Under the pieces are notes generated by a model. It searched no databases, had not been told where the DNA came from, and saw only the letters and a list, made by a program, of their open reading frames with translations. Shown in pieces: positions 18,064 through 26,050 of a DNA stretch of 64,000 nucleotides. Position 1 is the first letter of the stretch. Each line of letters opens with the position of its first letter. Both the position numbers and the translations under genes were made by a program. This DNA comes from a candidate division FCPU426 bacterium (GTDB lineage: Bacteria; Oederibacteriota; Muellerivitia; Muellerivitales; Muellerivitaceae): positions 22,677 to 86,676 of the forward strand of contig PLZG01000111.1 of assembly GCA_003152075.1 (NCBI GenBank). Reading direction: 5' to 3'.

Positions 18064-19902
18064 TTGTCCGATTCCAAAACACCCACAATTAAAGTTCACC
18101 AGCTCGGCTGGATCCTGGTTTTCGCGATCGTTTACGCGGATATCGGAACCTCTGTTTTCTACGTTCCCGGCATCCTCTATAACTCCATCGGCAATCTGGC
18201 CACCGTGGCCCAGTTCATCACTACCGGCGTCTTCATTTCCATCGCCTTGAAGTACGTGGAGATCTGCGAGCGCTGCCCGGACGGCGGAGGGGTGGTATCC
18301 GTCGTTCGGGAAGCCTTCTCGGCTTTCGAGTTCCTCCCCCTGGTCGGCGGCTCCTTCATCACCGTGGATTACTTCCTCACCTCCGCCATCTCGGGCGTGG
18401 CGGGCCTCTATTACCTCGCCAGCCTCATGCCTGAGACCAAGGACCTGGTAGTCATGGCCTCCATGGTGCTTTTCCTGGTGCTCATCCTCATCAACATTAT
18501 CGGCATCAAGGAATCGGCATCGGTGACCTCCAGTTTCGCAATGGCTGAAATCATCGTGACCTTCCTCCTGTTGGGCTGGGCCTTTTTCCAGATCACTTTC
18601 AACCAAAAATATTCCTGGGGAGGCTGGTGGCACAGCATCACCCATCCCGGGGTTCCTTTAAGCTTCAGCACCATTATGATCGGCTATGCCACGACGTGGC
18701 TGGCCTACTCGGGGCTCGAGTCCGTGGCCCAGATTTCCGGCGCCATGAAGACCCCCGTGAAATTTACCGCTTCCAAGGCCATGTGGTGGGTTATCGGGAC
18801 CGTCGCCATCGTTTCCTCGCCCATGACTTCAGTCGTTCTTTATATACTTCCCGACTCGGTCAAGCAGTCCCAGTCCGACTCGCTTCTGTCTGCCCTGGGT
18901 TTCCAAATCGGCGGGCCCATCCTGGGCGTGGCCGTGGTCATCGCGGCTTCCGCTTTGCTCTTCATGGCCTGCAATACCGCCATCGTGGGCAACTACCACG
19001 TCAATGTGCGGCTTTCAGACCTGGGGTTCCTTCCCTCCTTTTTGAGAAAGCGCCACCCCACGCTGGGAACGCCCTACCTTTCCATAGTGCTTTCAGGCTT
19101 AATTCCCATGGCCATCATCTTCGTCACCAAAGCGAATGTGGACGCCTTGGGTGACCTTTACAACTTTGGCCTTTTGGGAACCCTCTCCCTTTCCTCGGCA
19201 GCCATCGACAAACTGCGCTGGAGGGACGGGGAAAAGGGATGGAAGTTCTGGTCGGGGCTTTTCACGACGGTGGCGCTTTTGGCCGCTTGGGTCATCAATA
19301 TGGTTCACAAGCCCGACGCGCTTTTATTCGGGGGAACCCTGGCCGCCATCCTGGTGGCTACGGGCGTATGGCACCGGGTAAAGGCCTCCGAAAAAGCCGA
19401 GGTGCAATTCGCCGAGGCCGAATCCACGGTGGCTGACCTGCCTGAGGCTTCCAATATACTTACCCTGGAAGAGGCCATTGAGGCTTCGGCCATGGAATCC
19501 TCTCCCATCATCGTGGCCCTGCGTTACGTGAACGAAAAGCTTTTAGAGGACGCTACTATTTACGCCAAAGGACTTAAACGGACCAATGTTTACGTGATTT
19601 ATGTGGATGAAATGCCCGGCCTTTTCCTACCGCAGGAAGTCAAACCAACCCCGGAAGCCATCAAGGTTTTGGTGGGTTCCTGCGCCGCCCTGGAAAAACG
19701 CGGCATCGCTGGAATCCCCATCTGGCGCATGGCCGAGGACGCCGGTTCCTCCATCGCCGAGGCCGCCCAAGAGCTGAAGGTCAAGCACGTCTTCGTGGGT
19801 TCCTCCCAGCGCACCTTTTTCTGGCGCATGGTGCGGGGGCGCATGCTGAAGAGTTTGGCCAACCACTTGCCCGAGTCCGCCGAGCTAATCATCGTCGGTT
19901 GA
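18064..19902 (+). CDS. APC-superfamily transporter with a C-terminal USP-like domain (possible KimA-like K+ importer)
   Basis: 612 aa. VYADIGTSVFYVPG TM1 motif and 12 TM segments. C-terminus ..VYVIYVDE....VKHVFVGSS..AELIIVG (USP-like). TTG start 6 nt after GGAGG. Confidence 0.8.
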   Translation: MSDSKTPTIKVHQLGWILVFAIVYADIGTSVFYVPGILYNSIGNLATVAQFITTGVFISIALKYVEICERCPDGGGVVSVVREAFSAFEFLPLVGGSFITVDYFLTSAISGVAGLYYLASLMPETKDLVVMASMVLFLVLILINIIGIKESASVTSSFAMAEIIVTFLLLGWAFFQITFNQKYSWGGWWHSITHPGVPLSFSTIMIGYATTWLAYSGLESVAQISGAMKTPVKFTASKAMWWVIGTVAIVSSPMTSVVLYILPDSVKQSQSDSLLSALGFQIGGPILGVAVVIAASALLFMACNTAIVGNYHVNVRLSDLGFLPSFLRKRHPTLGTPYLSIVLSGLIPMAIIFVTKANVDALGDLYNFGLLGTLSLSSAAIDKLRWRDGEKGWKFWSGLFTTVALLAAWVINMVHKPDALLFGGTLAAILVATGVWHRVKASEKAEVQFAEAESTVADLPEASNILTLEEAIEASAMESSPIIVALRYVNEKLLEDATIYAKGLKRTNVYVIYVDEMPGLFLPQEVKPTPEAIKVLVGSCAALEKRGIAGIPIWRMAEDAGSSIAEAAQELKVKHVFVGSSQRTFFWRMVRGRMLKSLANHLPESAELIIVG

Positions 19903-19910
19903 ACAAAAAA

Positions 19911-19935
19911 GGCTCTGCGTGATTGGCGCGGAGCC
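19911..19935. terminator. Bidirectional terminator between the convergent APC gene and the kdp-side unit
   Basis: GGCTCTGCG-N7-CGCGGAGCC flanked by A6 and T3. The minus-strand reading gives a T6 tail. Confidence 0.55.
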
Positions 19936-19954
19936 TTTAAAAACCGCCTTGAAA

Positions 19955-20029
19955 TTAATTCTTCAAATATAAAATTGACATCAAAAGCATAAGTCCCATC
20001 AGTCCGAAAGAAATCCATTCCGATCCCAT
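19955..20029 (-). CDS. Micro-ORF, 24-aa hydrophobic peptide MGSEWISFGLMGLMLLMSILYLKN
   Basis: Perfect AAGGAGG 6-7 nt upstream of the ATG. Single TM-length hydrophobic core. Paralogue-like to 20566..20646. Confidence 0.45.
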   Translation of the reverse strand: MGSEWISFGLMGLMLLMSILYLKN

Positions 20030-20138
20030 TCTCAACCTCCTTTAAATTAGCCTTCCAAGGAAATGTTAAGGTTGAATCACATTAAAATTTCATTAAGAAA
20101 TGGGATCCCATTAAAAAAATTAATCGATTTTAAGGGCT

Positions 20139-20450
20139 TTATTTCCACACCATCATGCAAATTCCTCCCGCCGTCACGAGAAAGCCACCCACCATCCGCC
20201 CTTGGGTTAAGGGTTCATGGAAGACGAAGTAACCGGTCAATTGGGAAACGAGGAAAAAGAGAACGATGTAAATCCCCAATAACTGGCTGAAGTCCCACTT
20301 CGGTTGATTGACAGCCAGGCCATAGGCAAAAAGCACAACCGCCCCCAAAGCAAACCCAACCCAATGACTCGATTTGAGTCCCCAACGGACTAGGGCGTCC
20401 CCTCCCACTTCCAAAAGCGCCGCCCCTATTAAGACAAGTATTGAAACCAT
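20139..20450 (-). CDS. YnfA/UPF0060-like small 4-TM membrane protein (SMR/DMT fold)
   Basis: 103 aa. GAALLEVGGDALVRWGLK N-terminus and a 4-helix pattern resembling YnfA. Confidence 0.5.
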   Translation of the reverse strand: MVSILVLIGAALLEVGGDALVRWGLKSSHWVGFALGAVVLFAYGLAVNQPKWDFSQLLGIYIVLFFLVSQLTGYFVFHEPLTQGRMVGGFLVTAGGICMMVWK

Positions 20451-20565
20451 GGTTTTCTTCCCCCGTTCTTAAGCCCTTTTACCATATCCGCCTTTGGCCC
20501 GGATAAAAAAATTCCCCAGCCAGACTCGCCGGTTGGGGAAAATTCAAAGCGGGTTTTAAGAAAAT

Positions 20566-20646
20566 TTAATCGTTGAAAAACACGTAAAAGACCGCCATGG
20601 CCAGGATCGCCACGATTAGCATGGCAGGAAGCCATACCGAACTCAT
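20566..20646 (-). CDS. Micro-ORF, 26-aa hydrophobic peptide MSSVWLPAMLIVAILAMAVFYVFFND
   Basis: Starts 21 nt after the kdpC stop, with GAAGGGGAA upstream. Shares M-x-S-x-W..L..L-x-M..Y..N spacing with the 24-aa peptide. Confidence 0.45.
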   Translation of the reverse strand: MSSVWLPAMLIVAILAMAVFYVFFND

Positions 20647-20667
20647 ATAGTTCCCCTTCTTGAGCCC

Positions 20668-21252
20668 TTATTTTAAAGAGTCCAAAGCCAGATTCAGTTT
20701 CAAAACATTCACCCCCGGATCGCCGATGAAACCCAGCCAGCGACCATCGGTGTTTTGGGCGATAAGTTCTTCCACTTTCGTCAGGGACAAGCTCCGAACC
20801 TTGGCTACCCGGCTCACTTGGTACTGGGCCGCCGCCGGGCTGATATGGGGGTCGAGGCCAGAACCTGACGTCGTCACCAGATCCATCGGCACCGGAGCCC
20901 CGTTATCCGGGTCGGCTTTTTTGAGGGCGTCCACCCGCCCCTTGACTGTGTTGACGAAATCCGGATTGGTCGGTCCCAGGTTCGACCCGCTGGAATTGGC
21001 GGCGTTATAGGCGTAAGGGGAGGTGGCGCTCGGCCTGCTCCAAAAATATTTGGCGTCGTCAAAGGGCTGGCCGATGATTTCGCTTCCCACTTTTTTCCCA
21101 TTTACCTCGATCAGGCTTCCCCCCGCTTGCCGGGGAAACAGCGTCTGCCCGATCAAGGTTGAAATCCCCGGATAAATCAATCCGATTAAGACCGTGAAAA
21201 CCACCACGAACAGGATTGAGAGTCGTAATTGGGTTCCAATTTCCTTAAGCAT
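20668..21252 (-). CDS. kdpC: K+-transporting ATPase subunit C
   Basis: 194 aa. [10 protein letters not shown] and [16 protein letters not shown] signatures. Confidence 0.95.
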   Translation of the reverse strand: MLKEIGTQLRLSILFVVVFTVLIGLIYPGISTLIGQTLFPRQAGGSLIEVNGKKVGSEIIGQPFDDAKYFWSRPSATSPYAYNAANSSGSNLGPTNPDFVNTVKGRVDALKKADPDNGAPVPMDLVTTSGSGLDPHISPAAAQYQVSRVAKVRSLSLTKVEELIAQNTDGRWLGFIGDPGVNVLKLNLALDSLK

Positions 21253-21273
21253 ACTGAGCCTCCTTCAATTTAG

Positions 21274-23346
21274 TTAAACCAGTCCAAGTCCTACCAAAAT
21301 CAGGTCGATAATTTTAATTCCCACGAACGGGACCACCAGGCCCCCCACCCCATAGACCAGGAAATTCCGCTGTAACAGATGAGAAGCCGAGGCCGGGCGG
21401 TATTTGACTCCCTTGAGGGCGAGTGGCACCAGGAACACGATGATGACCGCGTTGAATATCACCGCCGAGAGGATGGCTGATTGCGGCGTAGCCAACCGCA
21501 TGATGTTCAAGGCGTTGAGCTCCGGATAGGTGACCGCGAAGGCCGCGGGAATGATGGCGAAATATTTCGCGATATCGTTAGCGATACTGAAAGTCGTTAG
21601 TGAGCCGCGCGTCATCAAAAGTTGTTTCCCGATCTTGACCACCTCGATCAACTTGGTGGGGTTGGAGTCCAGGTCCACCATATTGCCGGCTTCCTTGGCC
21701 GCCTGGGTGCCCGTGTTCATGGCTACCGCCACATCGGCCTGGGCCAAGGCCGGCGCGTCGTTGGTGCCGTCCCCCGCCATGGCCACCAGCCGTCCTCCCG
21801 CCTGAGCCTCGCGGATAAGCTTCAACTTGGCCTCGGGTGTGGCTTGGGCCAGAAAGTCGTCGACTCCCGCTTCCGCCGCGATGGCCGCGGCCGTGAGGGG
21901 GTTATCCCCCGTGATCATGACGGTCTTGATTCCCATGCGACGAAGCTCAGCGAAGCGCTCCTGGATGCCGCCCTTCACGATATCCTTCAAGTGGATGACG
22001 CCAAGCACTTCTTTTCCCTGAGCCACCACCAAGGGCGTACCGCCCAAGCGGGAGATGGAATCCACGCCCCGGCGCACATCCTCCGGATACTTACCTCCCT
22101 GGTCTTTCACGTAGGCCTCGATGGACTCTGCTGCCCCTTTGCGGATGGATCTTTTACCGATGTCCACCCCGCTCATACGGGTTTGCGCCGTAAAAGGCAC
22201 GAAGGTGGCTTTGAGGTCGTGGATTTCCTGGCCACGGAGACCGTATTTCTCTTTGGCCAACACCACGATACTGCGTCCTTCGGGTGTCTCATCGGCTAGG
22301 GAAGAAAGTTGTGCGGCTTCCGCCAACTCCTTCACGTCCACATCGGAAGCGGGAATAAATTCGGTGGCTTGCCGATTGCCAAGGGTGATGGTCCCGGTTT
22401 TATCAAGAAGAAGCATGTCCACGTCGCCCGCGGCCTCCACGGCCCTCCCCGACATGGCAATGACGTTGGCCTGGATCATGCGGTCCATTCCGGCGATACC
22501 GATGGCGGATAACAGCCCCCCGATGGTGGTGGGCGCCAGGCACACGAACAGAGCCGCCAGTACGGTGACCGTCACGGCCTTGCCCGCCCCCGAGGCCACC
22601 ACGCTATAGATGGAAAAAGGAAGCAGGGTGGCGCAGACGATGAGGAACACGATAGTCAGGGCCGCCAGCAATATATTGAGGGCAATCTCGTTGGGGGTCT
22701 TCTGGCGTTTGGCGCCTTCCACCATGGAAATCATGCGGTCTAAGAAGGACTCGCCGGGGTTGGAGGAAACCCGCACGATCAACCAGTCGGAAATAACCCT
22801 TGTGCCGCCGGTCACCGCGCTTCTGTCACCGCCGGACTCCCGTACCACGGGGGCCGACTCACCCGTAATGGCGCTCTCATCCACCATGGCGATTCCAACT
22901 ACGGCTTCACCGTCAGCGGCGATAAAATCCCCGGCTTCCACAAGAATCAGGTCTCCCTTGCGGAGGTCGCCGGATAAAATCTCGGTTTGCTTGGCATCCT
23001 TCTCGGCCTTGGCAAGTTTCTTGGCCTTTACTTCCTGCCGGCTCTTGCGCAGAGTATCGGCCTGGGCCTTGCCCCGCCCTTCCGCCATGGCTTCGGCGAA
23101 GTTGGCGAAAATCACCGTAAACCAAAGCCAAAGCGAAACGGCGAAGATAAAACCGGAAGCCGCTTCCCCCTTGCCAGTGAGGGCTTGAAGCCACAATCCG
23201 GTCGTGAGGATACTGCCGACATACACCGTGAACATGACCGGATTCTTGATCATGTGCAGGGGTCCTAGTTTTTTAAAGGACTCGAGAATCGCCTTGCGGG
23301 TGATTTCCCCCTCAAATAATTTGCGGGCTTTTACGTGTTCCGTCAT
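21274..23346 (-). CDS. kdpB: K+-transporting P-type ATPase subunit B
   Basis: [15 protein letters not shown] and [10 protein letters not shown] motifs. The ATG at 23346 ([13 protein letters not shown]..) has GAGGAG upstream. The frame stays open 40 more codons to an ATG at 23466. Confidence 0.9.
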   Translation of the reverse strand: MTEHVKARKLFEGEITRKAILESFKKLGPLHMIKNPVMFTVYVGSILTTGLWLQALTGKGEAASGFIFAVSLWLWFTVIFANFAEAMAEGRGKAQADTLRKSRQEVKAKKLAKAEKDAKQTEILSGDLRKGDLILVEAGDFIAADGEAVVGIAMVDESAITGESAPVVRESGGDRSAVTGGTRVISDWLIVRVSSNPGESFLDRMISMVEGAKRQKTPNEIALNILLAALTIVFLIVCATLLPFSIYSVVASGAGKAVTVTVLAALFVCLAPTTIGGLLSAIGIAGMDRMIQANVIAMSGRAVEAAGDVDMLLLDKTGTITLGNRQATEFIPASDVDVKELAEAAQLSSLADETPEGRSIVVLAKEKYGLRGQEIHDLKATFVPFTAQTRMSGVDIGKRSIRKGAAESIEAYVKDQGGKYPEDVRRGVDSISRLGGTPLVVAQGKEVLGVIHLKDIVKGGIQERFAELRRMGIKTVMITGDNPLTAAAIAAEAGVDDFLAQATPEAKLKLIREAQAGGRLVAMAGDGTNDAPALAQADVAVAMNTGTQAAKEAGNMVDLDSNPTKLIEVVKIGKQLLMTRGSLTTFSIANDIAKYFAIIPAAFAVTYPELNALNIMRLATPQSAILSAVIFNAVIIVFLVPLALKGVKYRPASASHLLQRNFLVYGVGGLVVPFVGIKIIDLILVGLGLV

Positions 23347-23484
23347 TTTCGTTTCTCCTCTTTTCAATTCGACAAGTACTGGTTTTCCGTCTTTGCTGGT
23401 TTGGGGCACTTTCCGTGTTTTTCGGGCCGTCAGTGCCTTTGGTTTCCGCTTTGATTTTCTTTTCATGTCCCATCACCCATTCCT

Positions 23485-25278
23485 TTACGGGTGGATCATT
23501 TTCAGGTGTTCCACAATGGGTCCCAAGGCCAGCGCCGGGAAAAAGGTCAGAGCCCCCACGATGATGACGGTTGAAGTCAGCATGACCACGAAGAGAACCG
23601 TATGGGTGGGAAGGGTTCCCGCGCTCTCGGGCACCACTTTCTTTTGGGCCAGGCTGCCTGCCATGGCCAGAACCGGGATGGCCAGCCAGAAACGGCCGAA
23701 CCACATGGCCGCTCCGCCCATCAAGTCGTAAAGGGTGTTGCCGGACAACCCCGCGAAAGCGCTGCCGTTGTTGTTGGATTGGGAATCAAAGGCGTAGAGA
23801 AGCTCGGAAAAACCATGTGCTCCCGGGTTGTTGGTGCCCGCGCCGCCCGTGGCCACCGCAACCGCCGTGCAGACGAGGACCAAGAGTGGTGGAATGAGAA
23901 TCATGATGGAGGCCATCTTCATCTCATAGGTCTGGATCTTCTTTCCTAGGTACTCGGGCGTGCGGCCAACCATGAGCCCCGCCACGAAAACCGCCAGGAT
24001 GACGAAAGCCAGCATGCCGTAAAGTCCCGACCCGACCCCACCGAAGGAAACCTCGCCCAGCATGATCATCCACATGGGCACCAGGCCGCCCAGGGGCGTG
24101 AAGGAATCGTGCATGGAATTAACAGAACCGTTGGAAGCGGCGGTGGTGACCGAGGCCCAGATAATCGAACCCGCGATACCAAAACGGGTTTCCTTTCCTT
24201 CCATATTACCGTCACCCAGGGCTTCGCCATGGGCACCCACCGTCAGTTTGTTCAGGAGTGGGTTCCCCGATTGTTCCTGCTGGCCGCAAAGGTACATCAT
24301 GGGTGCCAAAAGGAGAAACATGGCCGCCAGAATGGCCCAGCCCTGCCGCGAATCCTTGACCATCGCCCCGAAGGTAAAACACAAGGCCGCGGGGATGAGG
24401 AGAATGGCTAAAAGCTCGAGAAAGTCGGTGAAGGGGGTCGGGTTCTCGTAAGGATGGGCGGAATTCACGTTGAAATATCCGCCGCCGTTGGTCCCGAGCA
24501 TCTTGATGGCTTCCTGGGAGGCCACGGGCCCCAGGGAGATGGGTTGTTCAGTAACTGTCACGTGCGTCATCTGGGGCTTACCGTCTTTACCGGTAACAGG
24601 TGCGCCTTGGGCGTTCGTCACCGGCTGGTCATAGGAAGTGGGCTGGACCAGCGTGGCGGTGGCCGTATTGGCGAAAGTTTGGGGACAACCCTGCTGGATC
24701 AAGATCACCGTGAAGCTCAGGCTCAGTGGCAAGAGTATATAGAGGGTTCCTCTGGTCATATCGACCCAGAAATTTCCCAAGAATTTCGTTTCCTTCCGGA
24801 TAACCCCTCGGATAAGGGCCATCAGGGTAGCCATACCCGATGCCGCGCAAAGGAAGTTGTGAACGGCCAGGCCCGCCATCTGGGTAAAGTAGCTCATGGT
24901 GGTCTCGCCGCCGTAAAACTGCCAGTTGGTATTAGTAATGAAGCTGATGGCGGTGTTGAAAGCCAGGTCCGGCGGAACCGCGCTTTGGCCTGCCGGGTTC
25001 AGGGGCAAGGAAGCTTGGAGGCGTTCCATCGCGTAAAGGATTAGCCCTCCCACAATATTAAAAAGGAGCATGGCCAGTGCATATCCCTTCCAATCCATCT
25101 CCTGCTTTGCCTTGACTCCGCAAACACGGTAGATCAGTTTCTCAAGCCACCCAAACCACTTGCTGAGGAAGAAGGGCTTGTTCTCGTAAACCTTTGCCAT
25201 GTAGCTTCCCAAAGGAATTGCCAGTACCAAAAGAACTACGAAATAAGCGATGATTTGCATCCATTGATTTGCCGTCAT
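23485..25278 (-). CDS. kdpA: K+-transporting ATPase subunit A
   Basis: 597 aa. MTANQWMQIIAYF.. N-terminus, NTNWQ and GTNGGG selectivity-filter-type motifs. GGAG upstream. Confidence 0.95.
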   Translation of the reverse strand: MTANQWMQIIAYFVVLLVLAIPLGSYMAKVYENKPFFLSKWFGWLEKLIYRVCGVKAKQEMDWKGYALAMLLFNIVGGLILYAMERLQASLPLNPAGQSAVPPDLAFNTAISFITNTNWQFYGGETTMSYFTQMAGLAVHNFLCAASGMATLMALIRGVIRKETKFLGNFWVDMTRGTLYILLPLSLSFTVILIQQGCPQTFANTATATLVQPTSYDQPVTNAQGAPVTGKDGKPQMTHVTVTEQPISLGPVASQEAIKMLGTNGGGYFNVNSAHPYENPTPFTDFLELLAILLIPAALCFTFGAMVKDSRQGWAILAAMFLLLAPMMYLCGQQEQSGNPLLNKLTVGAHGEALGDGNMEGKETRFGIAGSIIWASVTTAASNGSVNSMHDSFTPLGGLVPMWMIMLGEVSFGGVGSGLYGMLAFVILAVFVAGLMVGRTPEYLGKKIQTYEMKMASIMILIPPLLVLVCTAVAVATGGAGTNNPGAHGFSELLYAFDSQSNNNGSAFAGLSGNTLYDLMGGAAMWFGRFWLAIPVLAMAGSLAQKKVVPESAGTLPTHTVLFVVMLTSTVIIVGALTFFPALALGPIVEHLKMIHP

Positions 25279-25346
25279 CTTTTTTTCTCCATTTGCTGTT
25301 GAAAAGGTTTTGCTGATAACTGATAGCTAAAAACTGATGGCTGCCT

Positions 25347-25436
25347 TTAGAACCACTCCGGCTTCAACAATGCCACCACCAGGTAAACCAAAAGCCCCGC
25401 CGCCACAACCGCGCTAATCAAGTAAACCGCGCTCAT
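25347..25436 (-). CDS. kdpF: K+-transporting ATPase subunit F (29 aa)
   Basis: MSAVYLISAVVAAGLLVYLVVALLKPEWF closely resembles E. coli KdpF (MSAG...YLVYALINAEAF). GGGAGG upstream. Confidence 0.85.
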   Translation of the reverse strand: MSAVYLISAVVAAGLLVYLVVALLKPEWF

Positions 25437-25531
25437 AACTCGCCTCCCATCATCCTGTCCAAGGCGCCGATCAATAAAACCGTCGACACCGATAAGGCCA
25501 GGAACAAGGCCACACACCAAAATTCCAACAT
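25433..25531 (-). CDS. Micro-ORF, 32-aa hydrophobic peptide MLEFWCVALFLALSVSTVLLIGALDRMMGGEL
   Basis: AGGAGG 8 nt upstream. Its TGA overlaps the kdpF ATG (ATGA). Confidence 0.5.
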   Translation of the reverse strand: MLEFWCVALFLALSVSTVLLIGALDRMMGGEL

Positions 25532-25533
25532 GG

Positions 25534-25704
25534 TTATTTCCTCCTCTTTCTTCCACTTTTTTTCTTTTTAGTGGGTTTTCGAACAGCGCGTTTTTTATTT
25601 TTCCTTCGCCGAAGGATGACCCAATGGGTGACCAACGCGATCACTAGCCAGGAAAAACAAAAGCCTAAAAAAACTTCCCAAAACAACAGGTGATTCGCGT
25701 TCAT
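25534..25704 (-). CDS. Small membrane protein (56 aa): one TM helix plus a polybasic tail
   Basis: GGGGAG 7 nt upstream. MNANHLLFWEVFLGFCFSWLVIALVTHWVIL followed by RRRKNKKRAVRKPTKKKKSGRKRRK. Its stop lies 2 nt before the next micro-ORF. Confidence 0.45.
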   Translation of the reverse strand: MNANHLLFWEVFLGFCFSWLVIALVTHWVILRRRKNKKRAVRKPTKKKKSGRKRRK

Positions 25705-25746
25705 TTTTTCTCCCCGGGATATTCTCAACCTTTCCCGAAGTCATTC

Positions 25747-25765
25747 TTATGACTCTTGTCATGGA
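25747..25765. promoter_or_regulatory. Candidate operator 1, TTATGACTCTTGTCATGGA (palindrome ATGAC-N4-GTCAT)
   Basis: Lies in the kdpD/kdpF divergent spacer, 43-61 nt upstream of the first kdp-side ORF. Near-identical copy at 25845..25863. Confidence 0.4.
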
Positions 25766-25844
25766 GAAGATAAGGCTAAATCGGATTAGGATGCTGTTAA
25801 GAGGGAACGATAAGACATATGGGAAAGATTAAAATGAAGGGGTT

Positions 25845-25863
25845 TTATGACTCCCTTCATGGA
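25845..25863. promoter_or_regulatory. Candidate operator 2, TTATGACTCCCTTCATGGA
   Basis: 16 of 19 positions are identical to operator 1, 98 bp away. Confidence 0.4.
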
Positions 25864-26050
25864 CAGGCTTCCCTGGCGAAGCGTAAAATCGCCAAAGATA
25901 CATCTGACACGAAAACACTAAGGCGCTAAGAAAGGCACCCAAAATCTTGATCTCCTTTTCTTGGTCTTTAAACACACTTAGTTTTTCTTCGTGTCTTTGT
26001 GCCTTCATGTCGGCATTGGGTTTTCTTTTTTTAGTTTCTGGAAGGTTCGC

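Noticed and set aside
17980-18645. A 221-aa minus-strand ORF spanning the riboswitch and the start of the APC transporter.
   Set aside because: It overlaps a conserved riboswitch core and a 12-TM transporter gene. Its low-complexity D/E/G/H-rich translation has no support.
25347-25556. The 69-aa ORF-track entry covering kdpF.
   Set aside because: Only its last 29 codons match KdpF and have their own SD. The upstream part is better explained by the 32-aa ORF in another frame with an AGGAGG SD.
25991-26050. The upstream GTG start given for kdpD in the ORF track (MSLCLHVGIGFSFFSFWKVR..).
   Set aside because: These codons are the right arm of the promoter-region hairpin. The canonical KdpD N-terminus (MNDKRPDPDALL) begins at the ATG at 26051.
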